Assembly (NCBI GenBank): GCA_048013815.1 | Contig: CM106586.1 | Span: 15,872,001-15,936,000 of the forward strand | Direction of reading: 5' to 3' | Source: Setoptus koraiensis | Taxonomy: Eukaryota; Animalia; Arthropoda | Length of the DNA: 64,000 bases | In this document: piece by piece, positions 13,855 to 25,745 of the stretch | Position numbering within the stretch: position 1 is the first letter of the stretch | Layout: each line of letters starts with the position of its first letter | Made by a program: the position numbers and the translations under genes | Notes under the pieces: generated by a model | What the model was told of the DNA's origin: nothing | What the model saw: only the letters and a program-made list of their open reading frames with translations | Databases searched by the model: none

Positions 13855-15166
13855 GATAAATGGAGATAACACGCACACGCACACACAATGTGCAAGGCGC
13901 GACAGCACGAGCAGCACGAGAATAAAGTTGTCGTGCGTGTGCGTGTCCAATAAAGTTGTCGACACGCACACGGCCGTCGGCACCTGAGCTTCGCGCTCGA
14001 CTTGTGCCCGGCGCTGGCCGTTGCCCGAGCGACGGCTCAACGGGCGCTTTATACCGGCGACCTCACACCGGCGACCCCATATCAGCGACTTTTCAGCGGG
14101 CGCCACTTCCTGGAGCGGAATTTGCCACACAAAAAAAAACGCCCGCTCGCGACAAAGAAACGGGTCGAGTGCGGCGCCAGCAGCCGACCAGCAACTTGTC
14201 AGCGTTGGTCGGCGAGTGGGCGTGCGCGCCCGCCGCGCCGACGGGCCCGGTCGACGCGGCAGCTATTGCGCAATGGGCGACCGCGTCGCTCGTTCGGGGG
14301 CGCGCACATAAGCTCACTATCACTCACTATATTATCGCAGTCACCATATTATTGCATTTGCCCCACACACACACAATACAATAAAAAAAATGAATACAAT
14401 GAATTATTGAGTTATGTCGGGTGGCCGCCGGAAACGGAAGTGGTGCGCGGGGATTTGTCACTTGTGCGCGTTATGTGCGCGTTGTGTGCGCGTTGTGTGC
14501 GCGCCAATGACGCGACTCTGGTGACTCGACTGCCCGGCGCGTCAATACAAAGGCCTATAAAGGTGCCCCGTTTAGTTGCTCGGGTGGCCGCTCGAGCTTG
14601 GGCCGGCGCGTCGTTATTCGGGGGTCACGTTATTGTCATGATAAATATCGGCCGTTGGCAGCTACAACAACAACAGCGACCGACTGGCTTTAATAAAGCA
14701 CCGCACTAGCATCAACTCACACTGCGAATCGTCTGTTGGCCCCCATTCCGGCACCCCCCCGTTTGGCCGGAATCTGGCCCAACACACCCACGCCGGACAC
14801 ACCCCCACATCCATCTTGGTGACGGGAGCAGCTATCAGTGCTATCTATGCCGTAATAAGCCGTTGACATAACCCAAAGTTAGCCGTGCTCGTATCAGCGT
14901 GTGTGTTGACGGAGAAATGTACAAGGTGTCGCTGCTGACAGCTCACAATGGTTGTCGCTGTTGTTGTTGTTGTTGTTGTAAAATAAGTGGCGACCGACAA
15001 GATGTCGCCACTCTCGTCTGTTTGGTCGTCGTCGTGTCTTATGTAACCGTTAGTTTTTTAATTTAATGCCGGCGCAAGTCTGCGTGTTGTGTCGCTTGTC
15101 AACAAGTCGCCTAGCGGTCGACGCTGTGACTGTGACAGCTCGGCGGCGCAGCATCTTGTCAGCCCA

Positions 15167-15258
15167 ACAACAGCAACAACAACAACGACAACAACAACAA
15201 CGACGACGACAACAACAACAACAACAACGACGACGACGACGACGACGACGACAACAAC
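15167..15258. repeat. (CAA)n/(GAC)n microsatellite
   Basis: Read directly; it produces the poly-T, poly-Q and poly-V pseudo-ORFs in the track. Confidence 0.9.
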
Positions 15259-15905
15259 AGACAAATGCGGTGTGTGTCGCAACAACAACGGCCACCGCCG
15301 CCAACAAACTCGCCATGTTACACGACTATATTACACAACACGCGCTGTCTTGTTGGCGCTGCTCGTCGGTTGTTTGTGTGTCTCGCTAGACGGAAAACAG
15401 TTGTCGACACGAGATATGACACGGCCTCTGCTCAAGGCTGCGTATGACGTGTTATGTAACGTTGTCGCTGTTGTTGTTGCTGTTGTTGTCGCCGTTGTTG
15501 TTGTTGTTGTTGTTGTTGTTGTCGTTGCTGCTGTCGGCCATCAGCGAGCCAGTTGGCTTGGTTGCGTCAGTCGACCGGTCGGCGCCTCACTCACTGACTC
15601 ACGCCTAAATCGGCTCGTTGTTGGTGTTGTTGGCGACAACAGCAACAACACACAACGGCAACAACGGCAACAACGACAACGCACAATATATGCGCACAAC
15701 GGTACGTGCATATCGGATGAGCCGACCGTTCGAGCCAGATAGCGCGTTATTAATAACGCGCCTCACTCGCTCCCCATTGGCCCCGATGGCGCCCAGCCCC
15801 CATTCAATTTGCATGTAAACAACAATGTGTGAACTGCCCTATATGCACTCGTACACCTTGCACGTCATCATGAGTAGCGCGCACACACATTACGTAACAA
15901 CAATA

Positions 15906-15979
15906 CTACGTATATTACGTAACTATACGTATATTACGCAACTATACGTATATTACGTAACTATACGTATATTACGTAA
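15906..15979. repeat. Tandem repeat, 19-bp unit CTATACGTATATTACG(T/C)AA x4
   Basis: Read directly; each unit carries TTACG(T/C)AA. Confidence 0.9.
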
Positions 15980-18900
15980 TGTATGTATGCGTGTGCTAAC
16001 AATCGTTAGGACAACCGTTAGTTTGAGATTATGTAACCAGACAGCACAACATGCGCACACCATAATGATGGATCTCTTGCGCTCTATACACTCGCTGGCT
16101 GGCAGATTGTATTAGTGTATGGCTAGCTACATAATAATATGTACTACTTACTTGCTGCCACGTACTGCGCTGCATTGCGTGCACGTACTACGTGCCAGTA
16201 AGTATTACCTAACACGCATTACGCGCGCACTATTACGCGTAATATTCACACAACGCGCGCATAGAGTTATGACTGAGTGTGGTGGCTTATGAGAAATGAG
16301 ACACCCCAGACGACGACGACCCGACCTACTGAGCCAGTGATTGCATCATCCAGTGCTGACGGCACCCTGGTGGTGGCCCAGTTAATCATGGCGCCGTGCG
16401 TATATTGGCTCAACCGCCACTAGTGGACATGATGAGCTCGGCTTGCTGTCGCCAATCAACAACAGCGCCAACAACCGGACAACAACAAGCCCAAACTGTG
16501 ATAACGACCCAATAATCTGGCCCCTGTTTGCCACTCTTTAATCTGGCATCTGGTCATCTCTGGCCCCCTATTGGCCGAACCCGCGACAGGTTGCCGCAAC
16601 GGGGCTAATTGAACCGATGGCTCCATGTCGGTGCCAGCGAGCCTCGTCGACACCCTCGGATCCGGATCCGGACCCCAGACTCGCGATTCGGGGTCGAGAC
16701 TCTCGATTCGGACTTGAGATTATCGACGCCAGGGCCGAGCGACTTGCATGAAACTCGCCGCTGGAGGGCGCCCTCATTTTTGCGTGCCACGCCGGCTCAC
16801 CTGTCGTCGCTCGTTTTGTCGACTCGTTGTGCGCCGATTTTGCGCTGGCCAACCGGCACACAAACACGAAGAAATCACAGGGATGCACCTTGCACAGAAC
16901 AGATAAAGCGAGAAATAAATTGGGCGCCCAAATAGAAAAATAATAACCGACAAACGATTTTTTCTTGCAAAACTTGCAAAGATTGTGAAAGTTGCTCGCC
17001 AAAAAATCGTGAAAGTTGCTGGCGAAATTGGTGAAAGTCGCTGGCTCGAGTTGCGCGGAAATCTCCGCCGGCCGCATCTCGTCTCACTGGACTGGATTAT
17101 CTTGGACTCGCACACGGTGGGCCCCATTTAACTATTTTGAAATCTTTTCGCTCGTCTTTGGGGCGCCTGGCGGCGCCATCACTTAGGCTGGCACCATTAG
17201 GCGACTGTGCCCAGAGTTCCCCAGAGTGAGGGGCGCCGCAAGGAGCGAAAGCCACACAAAAGGGGCTCGCAGGGACCCGCAAGCCGCGCTGCCAATCGAC
17301 GGCGCGCTGTGGCGCCGAAATATCGTAAAGTATCCTATCGCAGGCACAAGGGGCGCTGCTGGCAGTGGTGCAAAAATGATGCGGCCAACTCTATTAAATG
17401 GGCACTGTCTAAATTATTACATCATTAAGCGTTTTGTTGTTTTTGGAGATGGGGCTGCTGTGAAAAACTGACTGCCGCCAGCGCCACCCAGAAGTGGGCC
17501 ACTTTTTGCCGCACCGGCTGCTGTGTGAGCAGGGGCCCCATTATTGGGCCCATTATCGGCATCACAATAACGCACAGCACAATAATGGCAACGATCGGGC
17601 GTTATTGTGAGGGGCGCTTTGGGCGCGCCAAAAAACTCGACTTTTGACTAAATTTTTAGTCAAAAAACGAAAAGTGAGCGCGGCTATAAAACCGATGAGG
17701 CCTCGCAACAACAAATAAGTAAGCCTAACTAATAAGCTGACAAGTGACTGCGCGCCATAACAAGCGCCCCCACAAGACGGCGCCCCATTTTTTCTGGCCG
17801 AGCGTTGGGGGCTGCCGCGCGGGGCCCCGTTTGGCCTGGCGCGATTGTGCTGTGTCGCGCCAGAGTGGCGCCGCCAACATTGGACATTTATGAACATTGT
17901 TTACAGTGAAAATACAAAACAAAATGATCAGCGGTCTTGTTCGGCCCGTGTGTCCCGCGCGCCGGCAGCGGACGCTCGGCCGGCCCGCGGCTGGCGCCCC
18001 GTTTTGCTTTGTTTTCGTGCTTTGTTATGTTGTGCATTATGCAACTGCTGCCACCGCGTGCCGTCGTGTGACTTATCGGGCGCCGCCAATTGCGTCATCG
18101 GCATGCACGCCCGTCGTTGTATCTATATATTGTGTGCGCATTGTGCAGCCGGGTTCAATTGAGATGTCTGTTGCAGCCGGTGCCACAAGTCGGCCAGAGT
18201 CGGTGGCTCACTTATCTCATATTATCTTACAATCTGTGATTTCGTCGGAACAACTGCGCCCGTTGCGGCGCCTTCGAATCGGTTCGAAGCGAAATATTCG
18301 AGCGAACATTCGCTCGAACATTCGCTCTAATATCGCGACACTGTCGCTGCCGGCCGCCGAGCGGCTCAATCGGCGAACACAATCAAAATAACGACTCGGC
18401 GCGACGCTTTAATCGCCGCCAACGCTGCTGTCGTTAGTTGTCACAATTGCCGCTGGCGCCGCCGTGCCATATGTCGTCGAAATTAATAGAATAAATTATT
18501 AAATTATTCATTGGTCGCCCTAATAGCGTGCCGAAATGCCGGCTCATGTCGCCCGGTGCCGGCTCGCCGGCAGCCCGACGGCCGACAATCGGCAACTCGC
18601 TGCCAACTGACAACTCGCCGACAACTGACGGGCCCTGGCTAGACCGGCCGTCTAACCAGGCACAGCCAGCGACAGTTGCGGACGATCAGCGCCGCTTGCG
18701 CCGACCATCGGCGACCCGGCCGGCCGGCCGACTGTTAGCGGGCATTAGCGGGCGCAATTAGCCGGAACGGGCGAGAGTGAATTGAGAAACAATTATTAAG
18801 TGAATTGAAAAACAATTAATTGCGCATTCATTTTGCGAGCGAATCCACAATTAATTGAACAGCGGCCAGGTCGCGCATAGGGTCGCGGCTTGCCATTTGC

Positions 18901-21290
18901 GGCGGTCGTCGGCCGCCGCTCGCAATTGTCGGCGGTCGCGGGCAGTTGTTGCGCGCCCGCTAGCCGACGCCGGCCGATAGCGGTTTGGCGCCAGCGGCGG
19001 CGCTTCATTGCGCATCAAGGACGACGACCTGTCGTTACGCAACAACTGGCCTGCGCGCGGGTCTGTCCCGCTCGGCAAGACGGACAGGCGGGCCCGGCAA
19101 GACGGACAGGCGGGCCCGGCAAGACAGACGTCTTGCCGGGCGGGACAGACCCGCCCAGTGGGACGCACGGATGCGCCCAATGGGCACGGCGACGGTTGGC
19201 CGGCCCGACGAGACAAGACGAGAGAAGGCAAGGCAACCGCCTAGTCGGGCGACAAATCGCCGGCTTACCGAGCGCGATAATTGAGACGCCGGGCCATCGG
19301 GACTCCGCAACAGTGTGCGGCCGCCGCAGAGGGCGACAACATACATAAGACTACACAAGTTGAGACATAAGTTATACGAGTGTCACAATGCGCATTACGC
19401 AATAATGTGGCTGTGATAAAATGGTGGCGACATTTTATTATACATTTTCAATTTATAAGCAACGGCCGGGCAATAATTTATATGGCAGTTGGCGGGCCGG
19501 TCGGCGCGCTAATGGCGCCCGGCACGCAAGCGAGCGATCGGGCCGCTCGCTCATTACGAGAGAGTGTCATAAATTGAATGGTCCGACGACAAGTCAATTA
19601 TCTGGCGCTGTCGTGAGTTGTGTCGATAACTTGTCACTTATCTCGCCAAGTGGGCCACTTGTGCCACTTGCGCCACTTGCGGCCGACTTGCGGGCCGGCG
19701 ACTCGCGAGCGGCCAACTAGCGGGCGGCCGACTTGGCCGCTAAGCCGGCCACTTATTTCCAGCGAGTTGTATCATCGAGTTACGCAATAAATTTGCGTTA
19801 TTCTCGCCGTCGCGCCCGGCATCTCGACACGCCGATATTGACAGTGCCGATATTGACAATATCGGTTATGCGTGCCGCGGGGCCCGCGTCACAGTTGGGC
19901 CGCTCCGCAAGCCGCTCTGCGACACGCGGAAATCTGGCCCAGATAGCGCGCAAAGCGCGGTTATCGGGCGCGCCTGTCGGGCGCGGTTTATCGGGTTTTA
20001 TCGGCGTCAATTGGCTGCGTGTGTTGTGACGGCATGAATCAACGACAATATAGTGTATTGTTGTTTATCGGCTTTTAGTTGTTCTTGCCAAATGGCGCTG
20101 CGTTCGCGCGTTACGTAACCGTGGCCGCGAACGCCGGGCGCCGCTTTCACACAGCTCACGGGCTTCGCAGACTTTATAGGCCGACTGGCTGGCAATGTAA
20201 ATATATGAACATATACACTTACAAATGTGTGCATGTTTATGCGTATGTTTTATTGGGGCCCGGCGGCGGCCCTCGCAATTGTCGGGCGGCGCGGCGCGAT
20301 TATCCGGGCTTCTGTCGCCGCTCGCTCCAGCCGCCGCGCTGGCCGCTCGGGAAACATGCGGCTCGGGCGCGATATTATGCAGATTAGGCGGCGCCAGTGT
20401 GCGCGCGGCGGCCGCGCCACGCAGACCGGACTGGATTGCGCAACGCGCTGGCGCCCATCAATCGGCTTGTGAATAAGAAGAGCGGATTCCTCTAATCCGC
20501 GGCCTGGCGCGTCTCCGCGATCGGCCCGCACGGCTCCTCGGGCTCGGCGGCGCCCGAAGCCGTCGAAGGCGCCGAGTCAAAAGTCAGATGGCTTCGAGTT
20601 ACTCAAGCAAGCAGCACACATTGTTGTCCCGACAACGGTGCAACAATGCAGTGGTGCACGGTGCGACAATGGAGGGGTGCACCGTGCGACAATGTGGCGG
20701 TGCAAAAGTGCAATGGTGCGGCGGTGCAGTGGTGCAACAGTGCAATGGTGCGGCGGTGCAGTGGTGCACAGGTACGGTCTCTGGGAGGCGATGGAACAAT
20801 CGCAAGCAAAACAGCATAAGGCCCGTCAACTGGGCAACAATGCGCACCAACAACAATCGCCGATGATGACAATTGTCATTTAATGACAACAATAATAACG
20901 ATAATTATTCGATTATGTTGCGCAACGCACCGTGCCGTCGTTGTCGTCGGTTGTTGTCTGTTGTTGTCGCTTGTTGTTGCCGGTTGTTGTCGGTTGTTGT
21001 CGGTTGTTGTCGCTGTCGTTGTTGTAGTTGTCGCCGTTGTTGCGTCACACACACACACACCGTGTCAGACGACATTGTACGGCTGACGGCGACACGGTAA
21101 ATACGGTGTAAATATGATGTAAGTATGACAATCACACAAACAGTCGCGCAGGCACTGACACAAACACTCACCTGTGCGCACCAGCACAAATACAGGCAGC
21201 CAACAAATGAAGAGATCGAGCGACCGAAGGCAGCGACATGCCGAGCATGTCAACAATTGTTTCGTCGTCGTCGTCGTTGTTGTTGTTGTC

Positions 21291-21321
<31 letters not shown>

Positions 21322-22287
21322 TTGTCGTCGTCGTCATCGTCGTCGCCGCCGTCCAACAAACAGGCCGATGGCGAGTCGCTGTTGTCGCATTGTTGTTACA
21401 TAATACATAATCAAATCACTTTGTCACTTTGTTGGCCCTTTCAATGGGTGGGTGCTCTACTGCTGCTGCTGCTGCCGCAATCGTCAATACCTGTTTGTCG
21501 ACAAAGTCTCTCCATAAATAACAATATTTATATATCATTCACTCGCACACATACAAGCGAGCGAGCGAGCGACCATTAGTGCGCGCAACAACCAAAACAA
21601 CAATGACCGACTGCTTATGCTAATGACACAAGCACACCAGATTATGCAATAATAGCGGCCATTTATCTATGGCGATCATCATCACATTTGCATACGCGCC
21701 GTGCTGTGTCGTTGTGTTTGTGTGTCGCATTGCGCAACACAAATAACGACGACAACCACAACAACTGCTCAGCCAACAACCACACAGGCAACAACCACAC
21801 AGACAACGGCAACAACAACAGCAACAACAACGGCAACAAAGTTGCGCAACAGCAACTGCTGACCGGACAAATGCCCACAAGTTTGCGCGCGCCGACAATG
21901 AGCCCGCAAACGAGCAAACTAAATTACAATATTCAATTTAATGCGGCCCGAGCACACGTACGCCGCCAGTTGCATTAAATTAAATCTTTTATCTTTTATT
22001 TTATGCTCGCTGCCTTTGTGCTCGCCGGACAGCCGAGAGCGCCGATTAGGCCGGCCGCCGAGACTGTCGCGGCCGGCGACGGTCAGTTGCGGCGGCCGGT
22101 CAGGGCGTTGTTGCCGTTGTTGTTGTTGCTGTTGTTGCTGTCGTTGTTGCCGTTGTCGTTGTTGCCGTTGCTGTTGTTGCTGCTGGCTGGCTTGTGGGGC
22201 TGGCGTGACAAGTTGCGTCTCGACTCGAGACTCTCGAGCCATCGACACCGACAGCGTTTGCGCCCGCTCAGCACTGGAGGGCGCCCT

Positions 22288-22427
22288 GGCCGGCAGTTCG
22301 TATAGTGGCCGGCAGTTCGTATAGTGGCCGCCAGCCGATATAGTGGCCGCCAGTTTATACAGTGGCCACCAATTTATACAGTGGCCGCCAGTTCGCGCAC
22401 TGGCCGCCAGTCGATACAGTGGCCGGC
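22288..22427. repeat. Degenerate minisatellite, 19-bp unit GGCCG(G/C)CAGTTCGTATAGT-like x7
   Basis: Seven consecutive 19-bp units that start GGCC and end A(G/C)T. Confidence 0.85.
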
Positions 22428-25400
22428 TGGGCAAATTGAATGGATCGGCGCAATCTGAATGAATTCAATGTAAGCCGAGAGCTGTCGTGATTTTGTAAAT
22501 CTGATCTGCGCAATCTGGCGATATGTGCGACCTGTGCAATCTGTGAATGACAATTGAAGGTGATCGATGGCCGACACACACACACACACACTGGCAATAA
22601 TTGTAACCTTGCTAAAAAACAACGAGCGCTCGAGGAAGTTGCAGCAGATTGCTGTTCGTGTTGGCTGGCGTCGGGCGGTTGTGCGAGGCTCGCAGAGAGT
22701 GGTTGCCGCTGTTGTTGTTGCCGTTGTTGTTGTTGTTGTTGTTGTTGTTGTGAGCTCAAGTTTTAAGCTCGCAACAACAGCTAACCGATAATTAGACGAG
22801 CATCGTTAGGCAGAAGAAGACGAACAGCGAGCGGCCGACGGGCAGCAAAACAAACGACGAGAGACAAACATATCACACGACACCAGCAACAACAACAGCG
22901 ACAGCGGCAACAACAACAGCAACAACGACAACAGCAACAACAACAGCACCAACAACGGCAACAACAACAGCAACCGCGGCAACAAAGCTCCCTCGGCCGG
23001 CTGCCAGTGGTATGCAAATTAGCGGCCGTCCAGGTGCCGTCTGTTGCAGTTTCAGGGGCACTTGTTCGCCCGCTGTTGTTGTCGTTGCTGTTGTCGTTGC
23101 TGCTGTTGCTGTTGTTGCTGTTGCTGTTGTCGTCGCTGTTGCAATTGCTGTTGTTGCTGTCGAGTGTGTAGTTGTTGCTGCGGTGTTATTTGATACTGGC
23201 CGCTGCGTAACAGGCGCAACCTTGCGACGAGTGCCAGTTGATCGCACAACAGCGTTGCGCAAAACAGCGACAAGACGCCAACAACCGATACAAACAACAA
23301 CAACAGCCCATACAAACAGCAGCAGCAACCAGACAGGTGAATGAAATGGGACGACAATGGCCGAGACAACAGAAACAACAGCCAAACAGCGACAAACAAA
23401 CAAAAGTATCGTCTTGTATGTTATTATCAGCCGCTTGCTCGCTCAACGTTTTATCGTGTCGCTGGCGGCCAATATTGAAAGCTTTGAAGGCTTTGAGGAG
23501 CAGATTCTCGAAATAAATAAACTTGTTGAATGGTTGTGTTACCTTAAGCACAACACACACGCACGCCATTGCCATGGTCCAGTCAGTTCTGTGAGATTCG
23601 CCAGCGAGGAATGTCGTTGCTGTTGCCGTTGTTGTTGCTCTCTGCAACAACAACTGCGGGCAACAGCGACGGGCAACAACGACGGGCAACAACGACGGAC
23701 AACAACGACGGACAACAACTACACACAACAACTACACACAACAACTACACACAACAACAACTACAAACAGCAGCAGCACAAAACACACAAGCGACCATTA
23801 ACCACATCGCAGCAATCAGACAAACGCACAAACGTTGCGCTGATGATCAACTTCCGCTTCTTCTTATTATAATTAACATTGTTGGTCCGATGTGCAGAAT
23901 TTTAATTGTTTCGCTCGCTAATTGGACAAAGACTCATTGCGCTGCAAGCACAATTGGTGGCGCTGCTGTTAATTTGGGCACTGCCCAAACGCTGACAAAT
24001 GAATAGAAGCGCTGCAATGAATTGCCATTCATTTGTCAGTGTTTAGTCATGTAGTTTGGCTAGTCGTGTAGTTTGGGTCATGTTGTTTGGGTCGTGTAGT
24101 CGCTACATTGTAGTCTCGGCTAACCAGACTCTGGTTGGCGGGTCCGCTTCGTGCGGGTCGCCGCTCGAGCGCTGGCTCCGCGACCCGGGCGCACCCGAGC
24201 AGCGGCGGGCCACGCCCGCCCCGGCGGTCCATTAGTGGCGACATTAGCTGGTCAGCTGTTTGAGTGGCTGACACAAGGCGCGCACACACAGTGCCGCTGA
24301 CAGTGGCACAAGCAAGTGTGAGTATTACATAACATGGCTGACATAACGGTCTGTCGGCTTGTTTACCTTTGGCCAACTTTTTTCACCGTGCCTCGTGTGT
24401 GTGTGTGTGTGTGTGTGCCTCTAAACATGCCCATTGACACTTCATTGGCGCACACACACACACACACATAAACATTAAGTGAGTGTTACGTAATTGAAAC
24501 TTTCTCTCTAACTGTGGCGCCGCCGTCGTTGTTGTTGTTGTCGTTGTTGGTGTCGTTGTTGTTGTTGTTGTTGGTGTCGTTGTTGTTGTTGTTGTTGTCG
24601 TGAGTCCACAGCCAACTGTGCCGCTGTTGTTGTTGCTGTCGGTGTTGTTGCTGTTGTTGTTGTTGTTGTTGTTGTGAGTCTAACAGCCAACTGTGCTCGG
24701 CGACAAACACAAACAATACGGCCGACGGTAAACAGCGCCCCCGAACACCTAATGGCTTTGTCAACAACACGAGCCAGCTAATGTGGCCCCTGTTGACGAC
24801 TGTTGTCTGCTCGATGGCGTCGGTGGCGTCGGTGGCGTCGGTCGTCGTCGGTCGTCGCCGGTTGTTGCCGCTGTCGTTGTCGCCGGCGTGTGATGAGTCA
24901 ACAGCCGACGTCAACTCGGCTGCCGTTAATTTAAACTTTTCAAACTGTGCGATATGTGATTGCGCCGGCTCGCGTCTACGGGCCGCCGCGCGTCTACGGG
25001 CCGCGGTGCGTCTAGGGTTACGTGCGGACGGGCGCGCACAAACAAGGGCGCGCGAACAGCAGCACAAGAACAGGAGCTGACACTTTCATTACGTAATCAT
25101 GGCGACAGCTCATCAACCGATTCCCACACACTCTCACGGTGCCAGTGGCGCGCGGGCGTGCGCCCCTGTGCACACAATACGATATGTGCATTCAATACGA
25201 TAGGTGCATCCAATAGGCTATGTGCAGACAATACGATATGCGCATACAATACGATATGTGCATGCAATCGTGTGCACATATCGCACAATTTACAGCAAGC
25301 GTGTGTGTGTGTGTGTGTGTGTGCGATATGGGCACACGATATGTGCAAACAGCGACGGGCTTGCGCACGAGAATGATGGGCCACGAGCCGGCCATCCATC

Positions 25401-25673
25401 AATGCCCGGCCGCTGCAAACCGATCATCGCCACTGTTATTATAGCCCGCAACACATGACACAGCGGCATTATGTAACACGGCGTTGCGCAACAGAGGCTA
25501 TTATGTAATGGCGAGAAGCCAAAGTGTCATAATTATGACTTTGTATTCCGCTGGCCAGGCGCAGCGCACACGCCGTGGCCTGAGCGCCACATTGGCCCCG
25601 TGAGCTAGTTGCTCAGCTTGTGGGGGCGATTCTGTGCGCGGCGGCACAGTCATCAGTTATGCCGTTTATACAG

Positions 25674-25745
25674 ACCGACGACACGACAACAACCGACGAC
25701 ACGACAACAACCGACGACACGACAACAACCGACGACACGACAACG
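25674..25745. repeat. Tandem repeat, 18-bp unit ACCGACGACACGACAACA x4
   Basis: Read directly from the sequence. Confidence 0.9.

Noticed and set aside
14806-14871. Peptide HIHLGDGSSYQCYLCRNKPLT resembling a C2H2 linker plus CxxC
   Set aside because: A stop follows immediately, there is no HxxxH pair, and there is no supporting splice context.
16289-16423. 44-aa ORF containing IASSSADGTLVV (WD40-like)
   Set aside because: Single short match, no terminal W-D equivalent, and no neighbouring repeats.
24319-24330. TGAGTATTACAT, matching the recalled 5' 12 nt of arthropod miR-12
   Set aside because: The 3' half diverges and there is no complementary star arm to form a hairpin.
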